Assembly (NCBI GenBank): GCA_050950765.1
Contig: JBMNIF010000003.1
Span: 480,001-544,000, forward strand
Direction: 5' to 3'
Length of the DNA stretch: 64,000 bases
DNA from: Bdellovibrionota bacterium
GTDB lineage: Bacteria > Bdellovibrionota_C > UBA2361 > JAAYZI01
The notes under the pieces were generated by a model. The model did not search any database. It saw only the letters and a program-made list of their open reading frames with translations, and was not told the DNA's origin. Below, in pieces: positions 1 to 11,182 of this stretch; within the stretch, counting starts at the first letter, position 1; the number at the start of each line of letters is the position of its first letter. A program made the position numbers and the translations under genes.

Positions 1-271
1 GCACCATTAAACGATCCGCCAAGTGTCTATTTTCTTCCTTTACCCCTATCAGATTTATATAGTTTCCCCAAAGCCCGTTAATCCAATCATGCACTGAACG
101 ATTCAACGCTTGTACGGGTGCTAATGCCTCAGAAAAAACAGTAGTTCCAAACTTTACTATACTCGGATTTCGCGATGTATAAGCAGTCAGCGCCAGTGCC
201 ACACAAAATAAAATTATCGAAACACTAATTGATCGCTTAACCCCCGTCTGCGCCAAGATCTTTCGCCTCAA
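1..271 (-). CDS. mreC: Rod shape-determining protein MreC, N-terminal part (runs off the window)
   Basis: Hand translation from TTG at 271: MRRKILAQTGVKRSISVSIILFCVALALTAY...LAPVQAL...LWGNYINLIGVKEENRHL. It shows a TM helix then the coiled-coil start typical of MreC and lies directly downstream of mreB. The start codon is uncertain. Confidence 0.85.
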   Translation of the reverse strand, partial: MRRKILAQTGVKRSISVSIILFCVALALTAYTSRNPSIVKFGTTVFSEALAPVQALNRSVHDWINGLWGNYINLIGVKEENRHLADRLMV

Positions 272-302
272 AATTTAATTTTATTATTTACAATAAAAAG
301 CG

Positions 303-1355
<1,053 letters not shown>

Positions 1356-1496
1356 TTATAGACAATCTTTCGAAAGGGTATTTGTAACACGCAGAGAGGC
1401 TGCAATCAATTAAAGGTCATATTTTTTGCAAATCCTCTATAACTACCTCTAAATTATAGTATCAGCACACCATTCAAGAGAGTATTTAGAATCTCC

Positions 1497-1969
1497 GCCA
1501 ATTAGGACACCCACTTTTAACCCCCGTCCAGATCTAGCTACTTCGTTTTGCAGTATCAGCCCGCTTAATCGTCCCTAGCGAGTGGTAGTAAATTCTCCCC
1601 GTCCAGATCTAGCCACTTCGCTCTGCCGTCGCAGCCCGTTCAGCCGTCCCTGAAGGGTGGGGGAGCTTCTGGTGGGTGGCACCAAAACTAACCTTTTTTA
1701 GTTAGGTGCTAACATATTGATTTTAAAGACTTCCCCCTTTTAAGCTAAAATCTGCACTGGTGGGTGGCACCAAATTTTTAACCCCCGTACAGACCTAGCT
1801 GACTCGCTCTGCAGTTTCAGCCCGTCCTGCCGTCCCTGAAGGGTGGCACCAGATCCAAAGCCCTGCTGCCAATTAGGATACCCACCTTTACTGGTGGGTG
1901 GCACCAGATCTGCCTAATATCGGTTTTTTGCTAACGCCTTGATATTATTAGCTATTATAATTTTAGAGT
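1497..1969 (+). repeat. Modular intergenic repeat cluster, locus 1
   Basis: Contains three ~75-bp units (CCGT..AGAYCTAGC...CAGCCCG...GTCCCT), four GGGTGGCACCA cores (1674, 1762, 1841, 1896), TAGGAYACCCAC at 1503 and 1874, and IHF-consensus sites at 1710-1722 and 1932-1944. Confidence 0.95.
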
Positions 1970-2373
1970 GTAGGATGAGTGGCTGTCTCGGAGCTAACAA
2001 CCGATTCAGGATTATTAGAGGTGTCGACGCTAAACTGTTGTTTTATCTTGTCTGGCACATTTGGCAACTTTTCAAGTTTAACTGCAACCTGAAATGCTAC
2101 GATTTTTGCCGCTAAAAACGAGATCTGATCATCTTGAGGAAGTTTTCTATCTACAAAAATTAAATCGCGTTTATCCAAACAACACGCTCCACTCAACGCC
2201 TTCCAGCCATAGCCCTGTTTTAATCTTTCACGCCTCACCTCAAACCCAGCATCCAACAAAGCAGAAGATAGCTCATTGATTATCTTCTCTTTTTTGGGAT
2301 CACAGTTTGATACTCTTCTTTTACGACGTTTCGGGCTCATAATCATGTTTTTAACTGTTTTAGAAAATTCCAT
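1963..2373 (-). CDS. Hypothetical protein
   Basis: 136-aa ORF with a globular-looking core (GFEVRRERLK...GACCLDKRDLIFVD). The true start may be a later Met. The stop codon lies inside the repeat module. Confidence 0.7.
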   Translation of the reverse strand: MEFSKTVKNMIMSPKRRKRRVSNCDPKKEKIINELSSALLDAGFEVRRERLKQGYGWKALSGACCLDKRDLIFVDRKLPQDDQISFLAAKIVAFQVAVKLEKLPNVPDKIKQQFSVDTSNNPESVVSSETATHPTL

Positions 2374-2402
2374 ATCTTAATCAACATTATAACTTGATAG
2401 AC

Positions 2403-2430
2403 TTGTATTCTAGTTAATTTTTGTTACTAT
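2403..2430 (+). promoter_or_regulatory. Putative sigma70 promoter of rplS
   Basis: TTGTAT-16 bp-TACTAT with an extended -10 TG. Confidence 0.5.
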
Positions 2431-2597
2431 ACCCACCCCGAAGCTTTTGTAAACAGATATAGAGTCGTTTTGACCGTGATTTCGGTGTCGGATCGAATAG
2501 CTAAAGTTCTCCTCCCCCCGAAAGGTGGTTCTGTTTCCGTTTAGTTTTTTTTTGAGAAAGCAATTATTTTTCGAGCGAGTTTTTTGGAGTGATAACC

Positions 2598-2990
2598 ATG
2601 GCAAACGCAGCTAACAATGAGACAGCAGGCAAGAGACAGATGACGTTTCTTGAGAAGGTCACCGCAGAACAGTTACGTGATGACATTCCAGAGTTTCGTC
2701 CTGGTGATACTGTTAGAGTTCATACAAAAATTGTTGAAGGCAATAAAGAACGTATTCAGATCTTTGAAGGAATTGTTATTAAACGCCATAAAAGCACCTC
2801 TTCTAATAGTGCAACGTTCACAGTCAGGAAGATCTCTTACAACGTCGGCGTTGAAAGAACATTTCTTTTACACAGTCCCCGCATAGCTAGGATTGAATTA
2901 GTTACAAAAGGTCGTGTGCGTAGAGCACGCCTTTTCTATCTTCGTGATTTACGCGGAAAAGCTGCTAGGATTAAAGAAAAAAGAAACTAA
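2598..2990 (+). CDS. rplS: 50S ribosomal protein L19
   Basis: FRPGDTVRV...ERIQIFEG...[17 protein letters not shown]...[16 protein letters not shown] at 2586-2589 supports ATG 2598. Confidence 0.98.
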   Translation: MANAANNETAGKRQMTFLEKVTAEQLRDDIPEFRPGDTVRVHTKIVEGNKERIQIFEGIVIKRHKSTSSNSATFTVRKISYNVGVERTFLLHSPRIARIELVTKGRVRRARLFYLRDLRGKAARIKEKRN

Positions 2991-3010
2991 AATCTTTATT
3001 GGCTACTTAC

Positions 3011-3051
3011 AAAAAAGCAGCACTGAATATAAGTTTCAGCGCTGCTTTTTT
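3011..3051. terminator. Bidirectional intrinsic terminator
   Basis: AAAAAAGCAGCACTGAA...TTCAGCGCTGCTTTTTT between convergent genes. Confidence 0.85.
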
Positions 3052-3299
3052 ATTGCTATTTTATCGCCATTCAATCTCTTTTAATCTCTTTTACTTTAAC
3101 ACATAAAAAAGTCTTCCTCTGTTTTTAATCATTAGCACCTTCACCTTTTACAAAATCATCTCCAACAGCATAAATAAATTTTTTAATAGTAACAGCAGCA
3201 CCACCTCTCCTCCACAGTTAAAACAATAAAACACCTATGAAAGAATTATTTTCACCCTTTTTTAATCAGAATAGGACGGAAAAAGTGACCGCTTACATT

Positions 3300-4895
3300 T
3301 TAATCAGCTGCCCGCCGTAAAAGATTTTCAATTCTTTTTAAAAGCACCTTACGTTGCACTGTTTTTTCACAATAGTCGTCAGCACCAAGGTCTAAAAGTT
3401 GATACTCTTTATCTAGATCTGTTGATACAGTCAGAACCATTACTGGAATATTATTTAAAGAAGGGTTTTCTCTAAGAGCCTGCACTAAAGCTGCCCCATC
3501 CATTTCAGGCATCATCAGATCTGTTAAGATCAGATCCGGTAGAATTTTCTTTGCCAGCTCAAAAGCTTCCTTCCCATTAGCTGCGGACTTCACTTCATAA
3601 CCAGCTGCTTTTAGCACTAACAACAAAATATCCATCTGATCTGCATCGTCTTCTGCAACTAATAATAATGGATTGGCACGTGGAGTTTTGTATATCTTTC
3701 GCGCATCAATCTGTCGCTTCTGATTTTTTAAATTATTCTTATTCTCCGCAACATTTAAAGCTTGCTGCACTTCCAACGGCTCTGCATTGAACGTTTGTAA
3801 TGCCCTCTGACATAGTAACTTCGTATAAACCTCAGGAAGAAGCCTTGCGATACTATGCAAAGATTCAAAAGCGATCTCTCCATGCTCTATCTTATTTAAT
3901 CCATCTTGCAGTAACGTTATTGCACCATCATCATAAACCGACTCAAGGAGAGTAGCTTCTTTAATATTATCTTTTAATTTATTTAAAACGAAATTATCGT
4001 GATTAACGATTATCCCCATTAAATAGACATAGCCGTAATAACCACGTTGTTCACATTGAGGACAACCGCGACCAATCTGATAATTAGAAACACCTTCCGG
4101 ACGCAAAACAGCAGGAAGGTCTTCCAACCATTTCGGATCGCACACCGCTTCTCTGGCACAAGCGGAACACGTTTTATTTGCAAAAGCAGCTGTTAGCGAA
4201 CCAACCAAATTAAGTTTATTAAAAGCGTAATCTGATTCTCTTAACTTTAATAACGGAGTTAAAGGATCAACCGCTTGAAGTGTGGCGACCAACAACTCAT
4301 CTTTACTGTGCTCAAGCACATACCGCTTTGTAAGATCGCTTGTCACTTCTCCAACAGGGATAGCAGGACTTAAAGCTAAAAGCATACTCTGCACGGCGTT
4401 AGTCTGAACTTCATTACATGAAGAAGCTATAATCAAACCACTCTTTGCTTGAATGATCGCCTCCAACTGCGAACGCATCTGCGGTGTTAAGGCAAGCTTC
4501 GCCAAAAAATCTTGCTTTGAAATAACTTTTATTTCTGAAATAACGGAACGAAACTGCCCCTCTTTAAAGACAAAATAAAGAACGTTGTCAGCGTCAGATA
4601 TAAAACAATCACAATCGCTCTTTTCACCGTTCTTTGTAGAGAGACCGAGTAGCTTAGCGCAATACTCATTAGCGCAACTTCTTAAATAAGAAAAAAACGG
4701 TTGTTTTAAATTAACATCATAAGATTCAAAACGAACTTCCTCAGAACCGTTCAAAACTTGTATCTTTATCACGTCCCTTAAAGCTGAAATCATCACCGTC
4801 CCTTGCGGCAAGGTAGCTGCTTCCTTTATGGCGACCTTCAACGTCTTCATCGCTATCTTTATATCTTCAACTGAGCATGTCTTTATAGTTTCCAT
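3300..4895 (-). CDS. Degenerate GspE/PilB-like ATPase domain fused to a C-terminal receiver domain
   Basis: PilB-type Zn motif CSAC...GRGCPQCEQRGYYG and TLLQDGLNK tail; no Walker A; REC motifs LLVAEDD, LTDLMMPEMDG and GADDY. Confidence 0.75.
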   Translation of the reverse strand: METIKTCSVEDIKIAMKTLKVAIKEAATLPQGTVMISALRDVIKIQVLNGSEEVRFESYDVNLKQPFFSYLRSCANEYCAKLLGLSTKNGEKSDCDCFISDADNVLYFVFKEGQFRSVISEIKVISKQDFLAKLALTPQMRSQLEAIIQAKSGLIIASSCNEVQTNAVQSMLLALSPAIPVGEVTSDLTKRYVLEHSKDELLVATLQAVDPLTPLLKLRESDYAFNKLNLVGSLTAAFANKTCSACAREAVCDPKWLEDLPAVLRPEGVSNYQIGRGCPQCEQRGYYGYVYLMGIIVNHDNFVLNKLKDNIKEATLLESVYDDGAITLLQDGLNKIEHGEIAFESLHSIARLLPEVYTKLLCQRALQTFNAEPLEVQQALNVAENKNNLKNQKRQIDARKIYKTPRANPLLLVAEDDADQMDILLLVLKAAGYEVKSAANGKEAFELAKKILPDLILTDLMMPEMDGAALVQALRENPSLNNIPVMVLTVSTDLDKEYQLLDLGADDYCEKTVQRKVLLKRIENLLRRAAD

Positions 4896-5179
4896 AATTT
4901 TTGCCTACCCAAAACCTTTAAAAAGTCATTCACTAGCCATTTTATCGGCATTTAAGGCGTTCCTCTTGAGAGAATTTATTACTAAAATCAGAGCGTTAAA
5001 AACGACTTATGCTTTCATTCGTAAAAATGATAAAAAAGCAGCGCCCCCCAACGCTAGCGCAATTATTTCTCATAAAAAATCTTTATCATTCCAATAGTTA
5101 CGGCTATGCCTTTTAAACCTCAATGTGATATTGATCATGTTTTGTAATTACTCTTGATACACAAGTTTTTAGATACTCC

Positions 5180-8100
5180 ATGAATAAGCGCCGTTTGATT
5201 ATCACAATATTATTTACGACCCTTTTAGTGTCGCTTATTTTGTTTCTTTATGCTTGGAACACTTTACAACATTTTGGAGCCACTCAGATCACTGCTCTTC
5301 TACAATCCGAGATCGACGAATCGTGCGGAGGAACTTTTAAGACAGATCAGATTACAATAAATCCTTTTTTACTTTCTGCCACCGCAACTAATGCACGGAT
5401 AGAACAGGCCGATAATCAAGCTGTTTTGAATTTTAAAAAACTTCACGCCACCTTCAGTCTGAAAAGAATCTTTGAACATGTTATTATATTAAAAGAGCTC
5501 AATCTTATTGAAGGCACCTCTACTGGTGTTACCCCTCAAACCCCCACCTATATCTTTATAGACTACCTAGCAAAGCCATTACCGCCAGAGAAACAAATAC
5601 CAGGAAGGTGGCGTTTAAAGCTGCACGATCTTAATGTTTTAAAAACAACTATCAATGAAAAATTAGGGACTCTAGCACTGACCTCATATGACACCGCTTT
5701 CTCTTTAAAAAGAGATAACCGCGACAATTTTATTCTGACTTCCAGCATGGGAGCTTTAGATGCAAGTATTAAAGGCAAAGTTTGGCATCTCGGAAGTGTA
5801 GAGGGAGAGGGGTATATTGATGACTACGATCTTAAGTTAAATAAAGTAAGTATAAATTCAGACTCGCCTTGGATTACTGCTATTTTACGCTTCGCCACAA
5901 CACCTGATGACGATACGGTGGAAGGTACCTTAAACTTTAATCTACCCACTTCATTACTCGGTCTCGACTCTTGGATCAATGCCACTTTAGCAGGAGGGGG
6001 AGAAGTTAGTGGGGATCTCGACAATTTAAAGTTAGCAGGAAGTATTGCAAGTGTTGACACAGCACCTGCTTTTATTCCCATTGCAGACACAACTATCCCA
6101 CTAAACAAGTTAAAGATCGACTACACTGCAACACTTGATGACGGTTACTCTGCCAAGATTACAAATATGAGTGCAGAATCTTACAAAATTGATATCACTC
6201 AACCGATCTCCATTAAAAATGATGTTTTTTCTGGAGAAGCAAATATCAAACTACCCGAATTAAACATCTCAGGTACACATTGCAAAAATGCAGATATCAA
6301 TCTTAATTTATCAGGTGATATCTCTGCCATATCAGCCGTTCTTGATGGATCCTGCCAGAGTCTTTCAGTTATCGGTGCAGAGATACCTTCGCCACATCTA
6401 AGATTTGAATATATCAATGGCGAGATGCAGCTTAATCTTGAGCATCAACAAAGAGACGGAGGAGAACTACACGTAGTTTTAAAGATGTCGGAAACTCCCG
6501 ACACTACCATTATTGATAATTTTGAAGTTTCCACAAAAGATTACCCTCTAAAGCTATCAAAAAATCTGACAGCTAAGATCAATACAGATCTCCGTCTTGA
6601 TAATCACACACACTCGCCAACTGATACCGTCTTAAACTCTAAAACTACAGCCACATTTTCAATTGACCTCCCTCACTTTTCACAACTTAACGGAGAAGCT
6701 ACTATTAAAGATGCTCTCTTTTCTCTTAAAGCAGAAACTCTCGACAACACTATAAAGATAGAACTTTCAAAAAATTTAAAGACCCCTTCACCTTTTAAAT
6801 TACGCCTAGATGTTGCAACTTTTAACCTCGAAACACTTTCTCCTACCCTTGCCTGTTCAACTATCTCTCTGCAAGGTGATTATAACTTTTTCCCAGAAGT
6901 TGCCACTAAAGGTAACGGAAAGATTAAAATTTCGGAACTGCAGTTAGGTTGTGAGCCGCATCGTCTAACTCTTCTAAATGAGGCAAATTTAATTATCAAA
7001 AACGGCACCTTATTCATCAAAAACCTTACAACAAACGGTGAAAATGCACAGGCGATATTTTCAGGTCAAATCACTACTTCTAAGATTGATTTAGCTGCTA
7101 ACTTAAAAATTCAACTAGCACTCCTTCAACATACCTTCCCTTTTGTTGATGATCTGCAAGGAGATCTGGAAGCTGATTTTAAAATAAACGGAGGCTTTAG
7201 TGATATCTCACTTATAGGAACTGCGAGTATCAAAGAGGGAGAGATATCGGTGGAATCTTGGGATATCAATGCCCACTCTTTGGAGGGAACTGCCCTCTTT
7301 TCTAAAGGTAAAATCTCTCTACAAGATCTTAGTGGAGAATTAAATAACGGTTCAATCCAGCTCGGCGCTTCTATTGCTCTCGATAAATCAGATCAAAATA
7401 AGCTAACAGTTAATTTTTCAGATATTACATTAAAACCAGACGATAATTTATCAATGCAAATTTCAGGAGATTTAAAACTATCGGACGTCACAGAGCGCCC
7501 TACACTAGAAGGCAACATCGCTATAAATCGAGCTGAAATTTTACAAAGTCTCAACCTTGCTACTGCAATCAATGCTCTGACTGAATATCTCTTTAAGAGC
7601 AAACACAAAAAAACAACCCAAACACTTCCTGATATCGCTCTCAACATCCGTTTAGTAGCAGCGCGTAATTTTATGATTATAAGCAACCTTCTTCAAGCTG
7701 AATTAAAGGGAGCATTCACTATTAAAGGAAATTTACAAAATCCGAAATTACGCGGGACAGCGCAAACTATTTCAGGATGGCTAGCTTTTAATGATCACTA
7801 CTTTGATATTACATCAGGACGCGTCATCTTTAAACAATCGAAACCTGATGGTGCCTTAGAAGTTATCGGGGAGACTACGATTTTTAATAATACAGGCAAT
7901 TTGGAGACTGTTTTTCTTGAGGCGACAGGTTCCTTAACAAACCCGCATGTACGCTTAACTTCAGAAAATAACCTTTCTCAAAATGAAATTTTAACACTTC
8001 TCACAACATCTCCAAACACGGAGGTGCCCGATATTCATCGCGGGACAGCGCTTGACGCACTTTCAATATTACCAGATGACGATCATCACGGTGTCGCAGC

Positions 8101-10855
8101 GCTACTGAACTCTTTAACGCGCATCGATGCTATCTCCATAGAACCTGCACATGATTCAACAAGTGGAACAATTCATCCAGCATTTATCGCCCGTAAAGAC
8201 CTAACCGATCGTATCTCGCTAAGTGGTGAATCTATCTTGAGCGGCACAGAACCTAATTCAAAACTAAAACTAAACTACCGCTTAAATGACGACATCTCTT
8301 TTATGGGTATTTTGGACAGTGCTGACGAAGAAAGAAACACTGCCTTAGAGGCTAATCTTGTTTTTACTATCTTTTCAAAAGAAGCAAAACTAATCTCTAT
8401 TACAATGTCAGGAAACGATTCTTTCAGTGAACGAACTCTGATTCCACACTTGCGCATCAATCAAAGCTCTAAGGTATTTTTTAAAGAACTGCCGTACTCA
8501 GTTGATCTATTAAAACGCTTCTATCATGATCAAGGCTACTTTGACGTTAAAATTACAGCAAATGCTAAAGAAAAAGATGGTTACTTAGAGCAGATTAATT
8601 TTGTTATTGATGAGGGCTCTCTTTACACCATTCAACAGATCGACTGTATAGGTGACAAACTTCCTAAAAAATTTATTTCAGAAAAAATGTTCTTAAAGAA
8701 TATCGGGAAACCCGCTTCAAAAGAGGTTTTAGAAAATATCTCAAATAGCATCTTAAAGAAGTTACGTCGGCACGGTTATCTCAGTGGTAGTGTACGTGGG
8801 CGTTATAGCAACAAAGGGGCGCTACTCTCTTATAAAATTCACTGCGGAAACATCACTAAATTTTCATTTTCAGGCAACTCTCTTTTTAGTGATACGGAGC
8901 TATTGGAAACAATTAATATCTTTCGGAGGAAGCAACCTTTTGGAAGTAATACGATCCTTATCTTACTTGAAAATATTAAAAATTTATATCAGAAAGCGGG
9001 CTATGCAGATATTAAAGTAAACTGGTCACGTGAGGTAACAGAACAATCTACAACTTACAATATTACTATTATTGAGGGTAAAAAAACTGCTATCTCAGCT
9101 GTTAAAATTTTAGATCTACCACTCACTGATGACACACTTGATAACGCTTTACAACGACACGGCTCTTCGTTGCAAAAGATCAAAGAGCCTGTCAATGCTG
9201 TTGATAGTGAACTGCAACAAAATGCCCACCTTTTAAGTATGATCCTACAAGAAGAAGGCTGGCCTAATGCAGATGTCACATATTCCACTTCTTTAGAGCC
9301 AGATCTGTCATCAGTCAAAATTGTATATACTGTGCAAGCGGGTGCTCCAAAACTGATTTCAATTATCAATACAGTGGGGTGGCCTGAAGAGTTACAAAAA
9401 CCAAACCCGCCCAACCTCCCCTGCCCGATGCAACAGGTAGAGGGGTATGGTAGGTTATTATTGGAAGAGTTAAATAATAACGGCTTTATTCACGCCGCAG
9501 TAGGAGTTGAGTTTATTAAGAGCGCTTCTCCTGAGGCAAGTTGTATATCACCATCTGCAACGATATGTTCTACCGATCCTGTTTATACAGCAACAATTAC
9601 ACTAAACCCAAATCAACGCACGTACATAAGAGAGATCTCTATTCTCGGTAATAAGCAGATTGATGAATCCACTATCTTGAAACATCTTTCGATAAAATCA
9701 GGGATGCCGTGGTCTAATAATCAATTTCAAGAGAGCCGTCGCAATCTCTTAAAGCTCGGTCTTTTTTCTAATGTTGATTTTATCCCTAAAGATAACTCAC
9801 TAAATTCTGAAGCAGAAGATCTGTATATAGTAGTAAAAGAGCGGGCGCTTCACACCTTAGACCTCGGGGTAGGAGCCAATTCTGAGCTAGGGCTACACCT
9901 TTTTGGTGAAGCTACAAACAGAGAATTCTTCAAAGACGGCAGAACGACCTCTATCAGAAGTGACATTTATTATGATCCAGCAGAAGAGGACATCTCCCAC
10001 GGAATAGCCAACTTCAGATATTCACATCCATCATTTCTTGATACGAGGTATCAGCTGACGAACGATCTCCGTTTTCAGAAGCTAGACCTTTCAACTTTTG
10101 AATTTAATGTTGATCGTTTAATGTTTAACACGAACTTTTCTGATGTAAGTCACGGTAACTTTTCTCACTCTTTTGGGCATTCGTTTATTGTTGAAGATCT
10201 CAGTGATGTTTCTGAAGATGCTATTTTAAGCGATTTGGATAGTGGTACAAACTCTCTAAGTATCTTATCAGCGCAATTCAACTATGACCGTCGAGATAAT
10301 CCTATCAATCCGCGAAACGGCTACTATGCAACGTTAAGTAGTAGTTTAGCAACAGATCTTATCGGCTCCGATGCTGATTACTATATGCTGCAAGGAAGGT
10401 TATCAGGGCTACACCAGATCCCTGATTCTCGTTTTGGAATCGGTGCCAACCTAAATGTAGCAGCTGCTTGGGCCTTTAATGGAACGGAAGAGATCCCCAT
10501 TTCGCAACGTTATTATCTCGGCGGGCGCAATTCGGTACGTGGCTTCAGAGAAAACTCACTCGGGCCACTTGGATCTGACGGTAGTGTTATCGGTGGAGAT
10601 GTTTCTGTTCTTAGTAATATCGAATTAAAATACGATCTGACAGAACACTTTTCATTACTTACCTTTCTTGATTCAGGTACTGTTTTTTTACAAGATGAAG
10701 GGATTGATTTTGATGAATTGCGTTGGAGTAGCGGAGGTGGCTTTAGATATAGATCTCCGATCGGGCCTATCGGATTTGATATTGCGCATCCATTAGATGA
10801 AAAAGCAGGCGAGCCCTCTATCCGCGTCCACTTCAGCATCGGCTCAACTTTTTAG
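5180..10855 (+). CDS. TamB/AsmA-like domain fused to POTRA repeats and an Omp85 (BamA/TamA) beta-barrel
   Basis: N-terminal TM anchor; TamB-like beta repeats (IKGNLQNPKLRG, TGSLTNP); POTRA-like segments (FYHDQGYFDVKI, ISILGNKQIDESTIL); barrel motifs YDRRDNPINPRNG, YLGGRNSVRGF and YRSPIGPIGFDIA; C-terminal Phe. Confidence 0.9.
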   Translation: MNKRRLIITILFTTLLVSLILFLYAWNTLQHFGATQITALLQSEIDESCGGTFKTDQITINPFLLSATATNARIEQADNQAVLNFKKLHATFSLKRIFEHVIILKELNLIEGTSTGVTPQTPTYIFIDYLAKPLPPEKQIPGRWRLKLHDLNVLKTTINEKLGTLALTSYDTAFSLKRDNRDNFILTSSMGALDASIKGKVWHLGSVEGEGYIDDYDLKLNKVSINSDSPWITAILRFATTPDDDTVEGTLNFNLPTSLLGLDSWINATLAGGGEVSGDLDNLKLAGSIASVDTAPAFIPIADTTIPLNKLKIDYTATLDDGYSAKITNMSAESYKIDITQPISIKNDVFSGEANIKLPELNISGTHCKNADINLNLSGDISAISAVLDGSCQSLSVIGAEIPSPHLRFEYINGEMQLNLEHQQRDGGELHVVLKMSETPDTTIIDNFEVSTKDYPLKLSKNLTAKINTDLRLDNHTHSPTDTVLNSKTTATFSIDLPHFSQLNGEATIKDALFSLKAETLDNTIKIELSKNLKTPSPFKLRLDVATFNLETLSPTLACSTISLQGDYNFFPEVATKGNGKIKISELQLGCEPHRLTLLNEANLIIKNGTLFIKNLTTNGENAQAIFSGQITTSKIDLAANLKIQLALLQHTFPFVDDLQGDLEADFKINGGFSDISLIGTASIKEGEISVESWDINAHSLEGTALFSKGKISLQDLSGELNNGSIQLGASIALDKSDQNKLTVNFSDITLKPDDNLSMQISGDLKLSDVTERPTLEGNIAINRAEILQSLNLATAINALTEYLFKSKHKKTTQTLPDIALNIRLVAARNFMIISNLLQAELKGAFTIKGNLQNPKLRGTAQTISGWLAFNDHYFDITSGRVIFKQSKPDGALEVIGETTIFNNTGNLETVFLEATGSLTNPHVRLTSENNLSQNEILTLLTTSPNTEVPDIHRGTALDALSILPDDDHHGVAALLNSLTRIDAISIEPAHDSTSGTIHPAFIARKDLTDRISLSGESILSGTEPNSKLKLNYRLNDDISFMGILDSADEERNTALEANLVFTIFSKEAKLISITMSGNDSFSERTLIPHLRINQSSKVFFKELPYSVDLLKRFYHDQGYFDVKITANAKEKDGYLEQINFVIDEGSLYTIQQIDCIGDKLPKKFISEKMFLKNIGKPASKEVLENISNSILKKLRRHGYLSGSVRGRYSNKGALLSYKIHCGNITKFSFSGNSLFSDTELLETINIFRRKQPFGSNTILILLENIKNLYQKAGYADIKVNWSREVTEQSTTYNITIIEGKKTAISAVKILDLPLTDDTLDNALQRHGSSLQKIKEPVNAVDSELQQNAHLLSMILQEEGWPNADVTYSTSLEPDLSSVKIVYTVQAGAPKLISIINTVGWPEELQKPNPPNLPCPMQQVEGYGRLLLEELNNNGFIHAAVGVEFIKSASPEASCISPSATICSTDPVYTATITLNPNQRTYIREISILGNKQIDESTILKHLSIKSGMPWSNNQFQESRRNLLKLGLFSNVDFIPKDNSLNSEAEDLYIVVKERALHTLDLGVGANSELGLHLFGEATNREFFKDGRTTSIRSDIYYDPAEEDISHGIANFRYSHPSFLDTRYQLTNDLRFQKLDLSTFEFNVDRLMFNTNFSDVSHGNFSHSFGHSFIVEDLSDVSEDAILSDLDSGTNSLSILSAQFNYDRRDNPINPRNGYYATLSSSLATDLIGSDADYYMLQGRLSGLHQIPDSRFGIGANLNVAAAWAFNGTEEIPISQRYYLGGRNSVRGFRENSLGPLGSDGSVIGGDVSVLSNIELKYDLTEHFSLLTFLDSGTVFLQDEGIDFDELRWSSGGGFRYRSPIGPIGFDIAHPLDEKAGEPSIRVHFSIGSTF

Positions 10856-10946
10856 CAAAGAACCTCCTAGCTATATATAAAGATGCTTATGCGATACTCT
10901 CTTTTTGTTAAAACTTATCGCTGAAGCGCCTGTATAATAATAATTA

Positions 10947-10959
10947 AATCAATATGTTA
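10947..10959 (+). promoter_or_regulatory. IHF-consensus site
   Basis: AATCAATATGTTA matches WATCAANNNNTTR exactly. It is the reverse complement of the site at 1710 and 28370. Confidence 0.45.
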
Positions 10960-11182
10960 GCATTAAAAGGGGCTAACAAACTTATTCTTATTATTTTTCA
11001 GGATCCTTTTTTTATTTAATAACATCTCATGAATACAGGTTTATGACTTATTCAGTTTTAGGGTTTTTAAAAGGTACTCTATCTGTGAATAGGTTTTATT
11101 TGGTGAATGGCTACTTAATTTGTTTTTATACAATAAAAACCTGATGCGGAAGATTAGGTTTAAAAGTTTTGAGGGCTTACAA

